Positions 15,069 through 24,010 of a DNA stretch of 24,010 nt are shown piece by piece. The notes beneath the pieces were generated by a model that saw only the letters and a program-made list of their open reading frames with translations, did not search any database and was not told where the DNA came from. The DNA is from a virus (lineage: Duplodnaviria > Caudoviricetes), in IMG/VR virus record IMGVR_UViG_3300009320_000446, positions 1 through 24,010 of that record; one strand, 5' to 3'. Every line of letters starts with the position of its first letter. Within the stretch, counting starts at the first letter, position 1. The position numbers were made by a program, and so were the translations under genes.

Positions 15069-15399
15069 CATCTTCGAGCCGCAAGGAATATGGCGAGCAG
15101 CTTCTATCGCTGCTGCGGCACTTATCACACTTTCCGCGGGGATTACTTTAGTTGTAAAGGCAGGACAATCTGGAGATGAAATCCAAAGATGGGACGATTA
15201 CAACGACAAACAAAAAGGAGTCATTACTGCGAGTGGCACAACTGCTTTTAGTGGGGCACTTAGGCTAACGGGACAGGGCACGGGTTCGTGTATCACCATG
15301 AGAAGAAATAATAATGCTGGTGATTCGTGTTGTTATGTTGATCAAGCTGGAACCGCGTGGGTTTGCAAAGCTTCTGCATGTTCTTCCAACTGTGAATAA
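15046..15399 (+). CDS. Membrane-anchored or exported Cys-rich protein (117 aa)
   Basis: Hydrophobic AASIAAAALITLSAGITLVV. Six Cys in the last ~37 aa. Confidence 0.75.
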   Translation: MALNVRGNIFEPQGIWRAASIAAAALITLSAGITLVVKAGQSGDEIQRWDDYNDKQKGVITASGTTAFSGALRLTGQGTGSCITMRRNNNAGDSCCYVDQAGTAWVCKASACSSNCE

Positions 15400-16301
15400 T
15401 GCTTGCCTCAACTGTTCTTACAAGGGCGGAAGGTATCCTAAAAATAGATAGGGATAATATAGGGATTCCTGGGCTAGAAGAAACTCAACTGCTGGCGGTT
15501 CTTGACAAGGCAAACGCTGACTGGATTGAAGCGCATAAAAAGGGTGGTGGAGAACCGCCAGAATACATGCAAGCTGAAACTGGAGGGACACTTATTTCTG
15601 GTACTAATGTGAATGATTCCAGTGGTGTATTAACTACTGACACAACAATAACTGTTGATGACTCCTCAGAGTTTCCTTCTAGTGGGGCAATAGTTACCTA
15701 TGAGAATGACATGCCTGATGTTCACCCATATACAGGTAATACCGCAAATGTATTCAGTGGTGTAACTGGTATAGGGTTCGACAAGAGTGATAATGCGGCA
15801 GTTTATAATCTATACGCCCTTCCTACCGATTTTAGAGATTTAAGAGAAGAAGACGGATACAAGGATGGACTGATAGTAGAAGGATCAGAATTTAGATTTG
15901 TTTCTGGTGATCCAGGAGCAGGGCAGTTTACGATCTACGACAACGCTGGAACTAAATACTTGTGGTTTCCACGAGACCTAAGTGGGGATTACTCAGTGAT
16001 TTATAACAAAACTACAACAACTATTGATGACACTACTGATACTGTAGATATCCCAGACACAGAACCTGAGAACCAGTGGTACTTAGTATGGAGATTAGTA
16101 GCTTACGGCAGAGAGGTACTGGGAGTTGATGGGATTGATCTCGCCGAGTCAAGAGCAATTAAAATCTTGGCTGACGAATTAAAGAAGCGTACTCAGGGCA
16201 AGAGAGTCAAGCTTGCAAGTAGAAGGATCGACATGTCCTCTGATAATTTCCGTGTTTCATTTTATAACCCCCGTGCAGGAGTAAGAGGATTCTATAGATA
16301 A
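15399..16301 (+). CDS. Head-tail adaptor / tail tubular protein A-like (300 aa)
   Basis: YALPTDF, LWFP and DTVDIPD...LVWRLVAY patterns. Directly precedes the nozzle-sized gene. Confidence 0.72.
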   Translation: MLASTVLTRAEGILKIDRDNIGIPGLEETQLLAVLDKANADWIEAHKKGGGEPPEYMQAETGGTLISGTNVNDSSGVLTTDTTITVDDSSEFPSSGAIVTYENDMPDVHPYTGNTANVFSGVTGIGFDKSDNAAVYNLYALPTDFRDLREEDGYKDGLIVEGSEFRFVSGDPGAGQFTIYDNAGTKYLWFPRDLSGDYSVIYNKTTTTIDDTTDTVDIPDTEPENQWYLVWRLVAYGREVLGVDGIDLAESRAIKILADELKKRTQGKRVKLASRRIDMSSDNFRVSFYNPRAGVRGFYR

Positions 16302-18100
16302 TGCCTAAAGAAATTCTATTATCGGGTAACAGATTCGTCGGATATGTAGACGACACAAGAAATGCCTTCGGCAAGAAAGGAGAGGCTGTGCTTAGCTCTC
16401 CTAGTGTGAATGTGCGTATTACGCGTGGAGGAGAGGCTTACACAAGACCAGGATATGAAGATACAACTATTGATCTAAGTGAAGCATCTAAAGTTGCACG
16501 CGCATTTCATGTAGAGAGATGGGATGTGACGTTCTTCTGTCTTAATGGGAAGGTTAAATTTGTTGACCATAATAATTCTGATAATGTCATAGATACTGGT
16601 TTATCGCTTACAGATACCGACGGATTAAATACAAGATTTGCAGAATACGCTGGAGATATTTATTTAACCAACCGAACAGACGGGCTTAGGCAGATACACA
16701 TGGGGAGAGTAAACGAGACTTCTGCTGATTCTGGGGATGGGGATATCAAAGTTGATCAACATCTAGCAGGTAGATTAAGAGCATTCTCTGACACGACAGG
16801 AACTCTAAGAATCGCTAATACTACGCAATTTACAGAGGCTTATACTGCCGTGGCTGCAACAGGCGTTATTACTTTAACAAACACACTAGATGCGGATGTA
16901 AGCGATAACACTATCGTCTACACTGTTGAAGACATTAGTTCTAACAAGCCATTTGGATCAGGTATTACCTTTTGGAAAGAGAGGATGATTGTGTGGGGAG
17001 TGATAGATGACCAAAACACTTACGATTCTAAGGCGATAGACGATGCAACAAACGTAGTTTATATGTCTAAATTTGCTACGAGAGACGTATTAGAGAATGT
17101 AATTGATTTTGATACTTCTGGGACGGCAACTATTGAACAGGTCGGAAAAGGAGGTAGGGTAACAAATGTAATCGCTACGAGGGATTATATTTATTACTTT
17201 ACTAACACTGAGACTTACTTCTCTGCTGTTGCAGACGTAAATGCGACTACAGGGGCTACGTTTCCTCAACTACTAAGTAAGCAATACGGTTGTTTGAATG
17301 AAGACTCTGCTGCTGATTTAGGAAACGGTGTTATTGCGTTTGTAACTCAGAATAAACGTATAATCGCAATAAGAATTGCCACGGATACTGGAGCAACAAT
17401 CGTATTCCCTGATGAATTATTTGACCAAGATGTGCGAAATACACTAGAAATTATGGATGATGACCAAGAGGATGCACATGTTTTTTACCACGCAGGGGAA
17501 CGACTCTGTTACTTCCAGCTAAAAGTCGAGGCAGCATGGGTAACTTTTGTATACGACAACAACAAACAGAGATGGCTTCCACCTGACACAAATAAAGTAT
17601 TTGGAAGTTACTATGAAAAGGATGGGTTCCTATACGCTACTGATTTAACAGACGATACGATCTATCAAATGAATATAGGGAATCAGGATGAAGGAATAGA
17701 GGTTGATTTCCAAATGGCTTTAGGAGTGTTTGAGTTTGAAGGAGGAAGGCTTACTTCTGAATGGAAGGAGATGGAGCTATCGGGAAGTATTACACAAGAC
17801 ACTACTATCGAATGGACAGGGAGTGTGGGCGAAGGAACGTCTACTGCAAAAGAAATTGTATCTACTGATTATGCTTTTACTGGCGGGACATCGTTTGATG
17901 CTGTTGATATTGGAAGTTTAATAATTGGTGGAGGCGCAGCAATTGAGAACATAGCTAACTGGGAAAAGAGATTCCGCATTGCACCAACTACTTACGGTAA
18001 AAGTTTTCAACCAAAGCTAGTAAGTAGTGGTGCTTTTACATGGAAATCCTATCTTATTCGTTTAATTCCCCTTCCTTCATCACTTACCACTCTTGAATAA
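16301..18100 (+). CDS. Tail nozzle / P22 gp10-like stabilization protein (599 aa)
   Basis: N-terminal NVRI...TRPG, central YGCLN, TFVYD. Beta-propeller-like composition and podovirus synteny. Confidence 0.78.
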   Translation: MPKEILLSGNRFVGYVDDTRNAFGKKGEAVLSSPSVNVRITRGGEAYTRPGYEDTTIDLSEASKVARAFHVERWDVTFFCLNGKVKFVDHNNSDNVIDTGLSLTDTDGLNTRFAEYAGDIYLTNRTDGLRQIHMGRVNETSADSGDGDIKVDQHLAGRLRAFSDTTGTLRIANTTQFTEAYTAVAATGVITLTNTLDADVSDNTIVYTVEDISSNKPFGSGITFWKERMIVWGVIDDQNTYDSKAIDDATNVVYMSKFATRDVLENVIDFDTSGTATIEQVGKGGRVTNVIATRDYIYYFTNTETYFSAVADVNATTGATFPQLLSKQYGCLNEDSAADLGNGVIAFVTQNKRIIAIRIATDTGATIVFPDELFDQDVRNTLEIMDDDQEDAHVFYHAGERLCYFQLKVEAAWVTFVYDNNKQRWLPPDTNKVFGSYYEKDGFLYATDLTDDTIYQMNIGNQDEGIEVDFQMALGVFEFEGGRLTSEWKEMELSGSITQDTTIEWTGSVGEGTSTAKEIVSTDYAFTGGTSFDAVDIGSLIIGGGAAIENIANWEKRFRIAPTTYGKSFQPKLVSSGAFTWKSYLIRLIPLPSSLTTLE

Positions 18101-19458
18101 TGAAAAGATCACATATCGTAATAGGCATACTGATAATCGCTATATTTATCTTTTTTCTTCCGAAAATCGTAGGAGCTTTTCAGCAAACTCCTACTGATTA
18201 TGCAGCTAATATAACTGGGAGACTGACTTCCAAGATCACTGCCACTCAATCTACAGGTATAACAGTAACTGCTGATACTTACAGAACCCCCGCAGGTACC
18301 GCTGCTGTAACTTGGCCTACAGGGAATCATATTTTAAGAGTGAGCAGAAAAGCAGGAAACAAGACTTGGGTTGAACTTATAGGGGTGGCATCTGCCTCTC
18401 AAAGTAGTTCTACTGTTACTCTCGGTACAGTCACACGCTACTTGTCACACTCAGATGGTACAGATTTGACCTCACAAGGAGATGGATTAGCTTTTCCTTC
18501 TGGGTCAGTAGTTGAGCTTATCTGGTCTGTACAACAAGCAGAACAGACAATGTTTAAGAATAATATAAATGTACTAACAGGAAGTGGAAGAATTGAGAAG
18601 ACTGCTTCGGGTAGTGCAAGTATGAGACTAGTGAATGTAACAACTGCAGAGAGGGGATCATTTGAGGAGACTGAGAAGGGTGACTTGATCTACAACGAAA
18701 CACTAGGTACAACACAAGTTTATGATGGCGCAAACTGGTTAAACCTCTCCCAAACAGGGACAACATTACAAAATGCAGGATTTCAGAATAGGGGGGTTGT
18801 AGAACTTGCTACTCCTGCCGAAATACTTGCAGCAACAGCAAGCGGAAGTGCTACATCTCTTGTCCCTGCTGTTAAAGATATTGTCGCCCAATCAAGCGGA
18901 AGTGCTGACTCAGGAAAACTTTGTACCCTATCTGGAACAGGATTTTTAGACTCTTCTTGTATAGCAAGAGGGAATCCGACCAATGACAATACTAAAGTCG
19001 TAACAGGAAGCGGATGGACAACATTAACTAACCTTTCCGTAGGATCAGGAGCAAATCTTGATATTGATGATGAGCTTATATCTGATACGAATGATTTGAA
19101 CTCAGCAACTTTTGCACAAATTAGCTCATCTCTTAGCGGAACAATGGGCTTAAATGTTGGAGACCTGCTTCATATGACTCTACACGTTGCTGGGAATGAT
19201 GGCACAAATGGTTGTACAAGAATTGCTTTAGGCTTTCAGGTGGATGGTGGAACGGTTGACAACACATCATATGGCACACATACATTTAACGATATATGTA
19301 CGGCAAGTGTGGCCGCTGTCACTGTTTCTACTTATCACAGAGTTCTAACAGGTGGAACTTTAACCGTTCAGCCAGTCTACCGAATACAGAACGGTACTGA
19401 CTGGGATTTGGCTTGTGCTACTGAGCGTTGTGCCTTCCAAGCTGTCCGCATTAGATAA
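18100..19458 (+). CDS. Tail fibre/spike-like protein with predicted Sec signal peptide (452 aa)
   Basis: MKR + IVIGILIIAIFIFFLP + VGA. TTAER...GDLIYNET...QVYDGANW and GVVELAT fibre-type motifs. Six Cys. Confidence 0.75.
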   Translation: MKRSHIVIGILIIAIFIFFLPKIVGAFQQTPTDYAANITGRLTSKITATQSTGITVTADTYRTPAGTAAVTWPTGNHILRVSRKAGNKTWVELIGVASASQSSSTVTLGTVTRYLSHSDGTDLTSQGDGLAFPSGSVVELIWSVQQAEQTMFKNNINVLTGSGRIEKTASGSASMRLVNVTTAERGSFEETEKGDLIYNETLGTTQVYDGANWLNLSQTGTTLQNAGFQNRGVVELATPAEILAATASGSATSLVPAVKDIVAQSSGSADSGKLCTLSGTGFLDSSCIARGNPTNDNTKVVTGSGWTTLTNLSVGSGANLDIDDELISDTNDLNSATFAQISSSLSGTMGLNVGDLLHMTLHVAGNDGTNGCTRIALGFQVDGGTVDNTSYGTHTFNDICTASVAAVTVSTYHRVLTGGTLTVQPVYRIQNGTDWDLACATERCAFQAVRIR

Positions 19459-22247
19459 TGGCTACTCGCAGAACACGAAAGGCTGCTGTTAAAAAGAGGC
19501 TAGAAGCCAGAAAGACTGCACGGGCCAAGAAATTAACACCTGTAACTGGCTCTACGAGAATTACAAGGAAAAGACCAGTCCCAGCTAGAGTTGCAGCCCC
19601 GCAAGGACAAGCTACTAGCCCCGCGGGAGCACCAAAACCAGTAAAACTAATAAAAGCCCCTGTAGAAGTATTCACTGGGGGAAGAGAAGGGCCAAGCGCA
19701 CAACCAAAAGGAATTACTGATATTGGACGTTTACAAGACTTATTTGATAAGCGTGAGAGGGCGAGGCAAGCGATAGCAGAGGGAAGAGAGCCTGATCCTG
19801 CTGACTTAATCACAGCCCAACAGGGAAGTGCGGTTGATAGGGCTATCGCACTAGCCCAAGGAGCTATCAAAAGACTTCCCGAGGGTGCTCCAGACCTAGA
19901 AATTGGAGAGCAGGTTGGTCGAGTGGGCAGAGAACCTATCCCTATTCAATTACCAACCAGCCCGTTAGGTAGAGAAGCATTTGCAAGAGCTACTAATGTA
20001 GAGGATATAATTAAGGAGCTAGGAGGTCGTGTGAACATTCCTGATGATCCAGACACCACAGAGGAAGAAAAAGCCGCGAGAAGGGCACAGAATGCCGAAT
20101 TACTAGCCCGTGCAGAGGAGATCGCACAAATAAGACAGACTCAGGAAACAGAGCGCGCACAGCGTCAAGCTGCTGGGACAGCAGCAGGCGCAGCCGTCTC
20201 ACAAGAAGACGCATTAGGAAACACAGCACAAGGAATAGAAGATGCTGCACTATCACAAATAATGGCTTCCTTGCCAGAAGGAATGGAAGGACTTGGTACA
20301 GCGGTGCAGAACGCTCTAAATGCTCAGGATCAATCTATCGCAGCTCAATTTGGGCTTAGAAATCAGTCTATGGCTCTTGCAGAAGGGGTATTTAATCGTA
20401 AAAATGACATCTTCGGAGCAGCTTCCCAGCGTGCAGCCGATATATTCAACTCTACTGCTCAAATGCTTGAGAATTCGAGGGAAAGACAGAGCAAATTACT
20501 TGCTCAACAGCAGGACAACTTCAACAAACAATCTATCTTTGAACAGGGGAAACTTGAAAGAGACCAAAGGAGGCTATTAACCAAGCAAATAGACCAATTA
20601 ACAGCTTCCCTTGCTCTTAGGGGTGGATTTGGCTCAACAAGCGGCCTAGCAGAGATAAGTGAGGCTGAGTTTAGAGGTGAACAAGCCCTAATAGACATGC
20701 AAAAGGAGTTTGGCTTTGAAAGAGCGGATGTTTCCATGCAATTCACCGCCCTACAGAACCAAGCAGAAGATAACTTCCAACAGAAGTGGCTTACTAGCCT
20801 ACAAAACTACGGGAATAGGCTAGATATACTAGACTTACAGTTTGCAGCTAACGAAGACGCTATGAGCAAGTCTGTACTGGATGCTGCTACTAAGTTTGCA
20901 GATGAGGTTGGGGAGGCGAGGAGAGGGAAGGCAAAAATGATCTTAGACTTTGCAACTGATGTAAATAAGATGAACATGGAGATGTTACAAGAGCAGCGCA
21001 AAGGAATTATTAAGACCAAAGACTCGCTAGAGTTTGCTCAGAACATAAGAAAGGAAATAACTGCCAACAAGTTTATTTCAGAGGCAAGACAGGTAGATAC
21101 TCGCTTTAGATCAATAGAGTCTGCGCTTGCTTTTGTAGAAGAGGCAGAGAAATCTGGCGATGTTACACAAAAGAACTTCGCAGATCAGGCAATGATTAAC
21201 CTGTTTAACAAGATTACTGATCCTACGTCAGTTGTTAGAGAATCAGAGTTCGCACGTAGCGCTGCTGGGCTTTCGATGATGCAAAGATTTGAGGCTTTGT
21301 ATAGGAGGGTGCAAGAAGGTGGTGTTTTGGAGCCAGACGCACGTAGAGAGCTAAGAGATGCAGCTTCTGTGATAGCCAAGGAATATAAGTCTCAATTAGC
21401 AAGAGATATACAGCCTTATATTATTGATGTAGATACATTCAACAGCCAGCCAGGAGTTGAAACACCAATTAGGCTAGATCAAATCCTTCCGAGGAATCTT
21501 ATTCCTGTGCTACCGACTGCAACCATCGACCAATGGAAGATGCAGGCAGGAGGAGAGGATGTTAGCTTTGGGAGTAGTTTGCCTGATGGCTCATTTGGCA
21601 CTGGTAAATTCAGAACAGACAGACACAATAACCCAACTGCGTTTACTATAGACATAGCAAGGCAGGCAGGATTAGTTGAGGGCGTTGATTATGAAGTGGG
21701 TGACCCATTTCCAAAGAATCCAAATCTAAAGACTGCAAGGATTATTGGAGACCCTATAGCACAAACAATAAAAGTAATTGACAAGATAGGTTTTTACACT
21801 GGCAAGGGGCATCAAAGATGGACTCACACTGCAATGTCAAGAAGTGATTGGAATAGCTTAACACTAGAGCAAAAAGCAGGAGTTGTTGTGGAAATGAGCA
21901 AGAAAGAGGGGAGTGATGGGAGCTTCTTAGCTAATAGCTCCATAGCACCACAGGACGATATGTTCATAGCTTCCACACAAGTAACTCCTAAAAAGAGAGA
22001 GGAGATACAACAAGAGGTAGATAAGGTAAAGACTGGAGAAAAAACACAGCAAGATGTCATAAATGATCCTAGATTCTCTGCCGAAGATGTAAGACTATTT
22101 GCTCAAATGATGGGAATCCAAGCTATTAGATTCCCAGGAGAAATTTTCCATGGTGGAGCCGAAGCAGTTGCAGATATTTTGCAATTTGCAGGTAGAAACA
22201 TAGCAAATCCATTTATTAGAGGTGTTGCTCAAGCATTTTCCCCATAA
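19458..22247 (+). CDS. Internal virion / DNA ejection protein (929 aa), possible lysozyme-like domain
   Basis: Ala/Gln-rich helical protein. NKITDPTSVVRESEF and RTDRHNNPTAF motifs. Located after the tail genes. Confidence 0.7.
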   Translation: MATRRTRKAAVKKRLEARKTARAKKLTPVTGSTRITRKRPVPARVAAPQGQATSPAGAPKPVKLIKAPVEVFTGGREGPSAQPKGITDIGRLQDLFDKRERARQAIAEGREPDPADLITAQQGSAVDRAIALAQGAIKRLPEGAPDLEIGEQVGRVGREPIPIQLPTSPLGREAFARATNVEDIIKELGGRVNIPDDPDTTEEEKAARRAQNAELLARAEEIAQIRQTQETERAQRQAAGTAAGAAVSQEDALGNTAQGIEDAALSQIMASLPEGMEGLGTAVQNALNAQDQSIAAQFGLRNQSMALAEGVFNRKNDIFGAASQRAADIFNSTAQMLENSRERQSKLLAQQQDNFNKQSIFEQGKLERDQRRLLTKQIDQLTASLALRGGFGSTSGLAEISEAEFRGEQALIDMQKEFGFERADVSMQFTALQNQAEDNFQQKWLTSLQNYGNRLDILDLQFAANEDAMSKSVLDAATKFADEVGEARRGKAKMILDFATDVNKMNMEMLQEQRKGIIKTKDSLEFAQNIRKEITANKFISEARQVDTRFRSIESALAFVEEAEKSGDVTQKNFADQAMINLFNKITDPTSVVRESEFARSAAGLSMMQRFEALYRRVQEGGVLEPDARRELRDAASVIAKEYKSQLARDIQPYIIDVDTFNSQPGVETPIRLDQILPRNLIPVLPTATIDQWKMQAGGEDVSFGSSLPDGSFGTGKFRTDRHNNPTAFTIDIARQAGLVEGVDYEVGDPFPKNPNLKTARIIGDPIAQTIKVIDKIGFYTGKGHQRWTHTAMSRSDWNSLTLEQKAGVVVEMSKKEGSDGSFLANSSIAPQDDMFIASTQVTPKKREEIQQEVDKVKTGEKTQQDVINDPRFSAEDVRLFAQMMGIQAIRFPGEIFHGGAEAVADILQFAGRNIANPFIRGVAQAFSP

Positions 22248-22249
22248 AC

Positions 22250-24010
22250 ATGTTTACTAAACAAGACATCCAAAGGCTTCGCGAGACAACAGATGATGAC
22301 TCTATATTCAATTACATGAATAAGAGCGATGCAGGATTTAGAGAGAAGGTGAGGAATGTTAGAACTGCCAATCCTAATATGTCCGCACTAGAGGAAGCTA
22401 ATTTCGCCAAATCAATGATAGATATTCACTTTGGAATAAAGGCTGAAGAACCGCTGGTACCAGAAACAACACAAATGGTTTCTTCTGTTATGGAACTACA
22501 ACCTCCAGAGGAGCCAACGGGAAGTTTTGTGGGCAGAACCATCAGAAATATCCCAGGAAGTGCTAAAGAGTTCGCTGGGGCGCTATTTGAAGCTGTAAGA
22601 CATCCATTTCAAACCGCTGGGGCGCTTGCAGATGTAGCCGTTGGAGGAGCTGCAAACACTATAGAAACTGTTGCAGGGATGGCTGGGGCTGAGAATGCAG
22701 AGCAAATTTTTGACCTTCCTAGTGAGCAAATAGCCTCTGCCGTAGGAGACTTCTTTGCCGAGAGATATGGAGGTGTAGAAAATATCAAGAACACTGTCGA
22801 AACCGATCCTGTAGGATTTGCTGCTGATTTAGCAGGATTGCTTTCTATTGTAGGAGGAGTTTCAAGGGTGACTGGGAGGATTGCTCAGGCTGGGGCATTG
22901 GCGAGAGCTGGAGGTGTAGCTGCTGTACCATTGGAGTCAGCTACTGCAGTCTTAGGACAAGCTGGTACTACTGCAGTGAGAGCTGGCCAGGCAGCACAGA
23001 GAGCCGCCTCACTAGTTGACCCCATAGAAAGGGCTTTTAGTGTGCTGCGTGGTACTACTACTAGACTTGCTAAAGCAACAGTTGGAACAGGGAAATTTGC
23101 TATATCTGAAGTTACAGGAATGAATCCCACGACCCTTGGAACTATTATTAACAAAGCAGCAAAGTTTGAAGAGGCGCAGAGGGCTGGTGTTACTAGGATT
23201 TCTTTAGCAGATAAAGTTTTCAGGTCTATAAGAAAAGTTCAAGATGAGGCTTCCGAGCTTGGCAGTGAATATAAGCCAATAAGAGATAGTAAGCAGGTTA
23301 CGACTGTTGACAAGGATATATTTAGGAATATCTTGCAAGAAGAAGGATTCAAATTTACTGATGATGGTAAGTTAGGCCCAATAGATTTTGATACACCACA
23401 ACTTGATCCGTCTGAATTTTCTAAGTTAAAGGGATTCCTTGATGATTTTGATGTGTTGGACGAGACGGTAAACGCAAATCAATTCCTTAGATTAAGGGAT
23501 AGGCTCACAAAATTGGCTAGATTCGAGCAAACGGGTGTTAGAAGTCAGCAGTTAGATAGAATTGCAAAGGGCATGAGAAATGAATTAAACACTCGATCAA
23601 GAGGAGGTATTAAGGGGCTAGAAAAATTGGATGCGGAGTTTGGCCCACTACGAGACGAGCTTAACAGATTGGAAAGAGAATTTATTGACCCAAGGACAGG
23701 AGAGCTAAAATCTACGGCCTTCAGTAAGATAGCGAATCTTACCGGCAGAGGGAAAGAAAGGGCGTTGGAACTATTGAGAAAAGAAATTCCAAATATTGAT
23801 GAGCAGGTGAATATACTTAAAGCTATCGAGGATGTTACCGACGCCTCTGGGAATAAGGTTGGTACATATATCCGTGCTGGGACTGTTGTAGGGGGAGTCT
23901 TTTCTGGTAGGCCATCTCTAATAATTGCTGCAGTTATGGCCAACCCAACTATTGCGGTTCCGTTGCTGAAGTTTTATGGAAAAACAAAGGGGATTGCATT
24001 AAATACTATA
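22250..24010 (+). CDS. Large internal virion / ejection protein, truncated by the window end (at least 587 aa; not in the ORF track)
   Basis: ATG22250 after TTTTCCCCATAAAC. Starts MFTKQDIQRLRE and the same frame is open at the end (NPTIAVPLLKFYGKTKGIALNTI). Only the ends were translated in full. Gly/Ala-rich amphipathic segments. Confidence 0.78.
   Translation, partial: MFTKQDIQRLRETTDDDSIFNYMNKSDAGFREKVRNVRTANPNMSALEEANFAKSMIDIHFGIKAEEPLVPETTQMVSSVMELQPPEEPTGSFVGRTIRNIPGSAKEFAGALFEAVRHPFQTAGALADVAVGGAANTIETVAGMAGAENAEQIFDLPSEQIASAVGDFFAERYGGVENIKNTVETDPVGFAADLAGLLSIVGGVSRVTGRIAQAGALARAGGVAAVPLESATAVLGQAGTTAVRAGQAAQRAASLVDPIERAFSVLRGTTTRLAKATVGTGKFAISEVTGMNPTTLGTIINKAAKFEEAQRAGVTRISLADKVFRSIRKVQDEASELGSEYKPIRDSKQVTTVDKDIFRNILQEEGFKFTDDGKLGPIDFDTPQLDPSEFSKLKGFLDDFDVLDETVNANQFLRLRDRLTKLARFEQTGVRSQQLDRIAKGMRNELNTRSRGGIKGLEKLDAEFGPLRDELNRLEREFIDPRTGELKSTAFSKIANLTGRGKERALELLRKEIPNIDEQVNILKAIEDVTDASGNKVGTYIRAGTVVGGVFSGRPSLIIAAVMANPTIAVPLLKFYGKTKGIALNTI

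Larger units (their letters stand above)
1..24010 (+). mobile_element. Tailed dsDNA phage (podovirus-like) genome segment: accessory gene array plus head/tail morphogenesis module
   Basis: Clear large terminase followed by portal-, scaffold-, capsid-, adaptor-, nozzle- and ejection-protein-sized ORFs in canonical order. Dense single-strand coding. No tape-measure or sheath gene, host housekeeping gene or integrase seen in the window. Confidence 0.95.

Noticed and set aside
4386-20580. Nested + strand alternative-frame ORFs (4386-4676, 5689-5895, 10759-11118, 11503-11817, 17730-17921, 20320-20580)
   Set aside because: They lie within or across stronger genes and lack the leaderless promoter or C/T-rich leader seen at real starts.
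285-23943. All minus-strand ORFs in the track (e.g. 4576-5016, 9098-9670, 19451-19870, 23545-23943)
   Set aside because: They are antisense shadows of well-supported + strand genes, with S/F/L-rich composition and no recognisable motifs.
1-24010. Stop-codon recoding (TAG or TGA reassigned) as an explanation for the many short ORFs
   Set aside because: TerL, portal, MCP and tail genes are intact in code 11. Both TAG and TGA end genes at sensible boundaries, and the short ORFs have their own promoters.

Overview
This 24 kb window is part of a tailed dsDNA phage (Caudoviricetes) with a podovirus-like layout. All credible genes are on the + strand. Long genes read through without internal TAG or TGA, so there is no sign of recoding. 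Bases 1-4020 form an accessory array of very small genes. Most have their own extended -10 promoter sitting 6 nt before the start codon (leaderless mRNAs). The array also holds three dif/loxP-like recombination sites bracketing two mini-cassettes, an XRE-type HTH gene and an atypical tRNA-Val(UAC). The morphogenesis module follows: TerS, TerL, small inserted genes, portal, scaffold, decoration protein, major capsid protein, adaptor, tail nozzle, fibre-like protein and two large ejection-type proteins (the last one runs off the window). No Shine-Dalgarno motifs were seen at the starts examined. Leadered genes have G-poor, C/T-rich leaders, which tentatively suggests a CPR/Patescibacteria host. 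The most unusual signals are the Xer/Cre-like cassette architecture, an ORF enclosed by a 21-bp 5'/3' panhandle, and three Cys-paired virion-module proteins with signal peptides or membrane anchors. All protein calls come from motif recognition and synteny, not from database searches.
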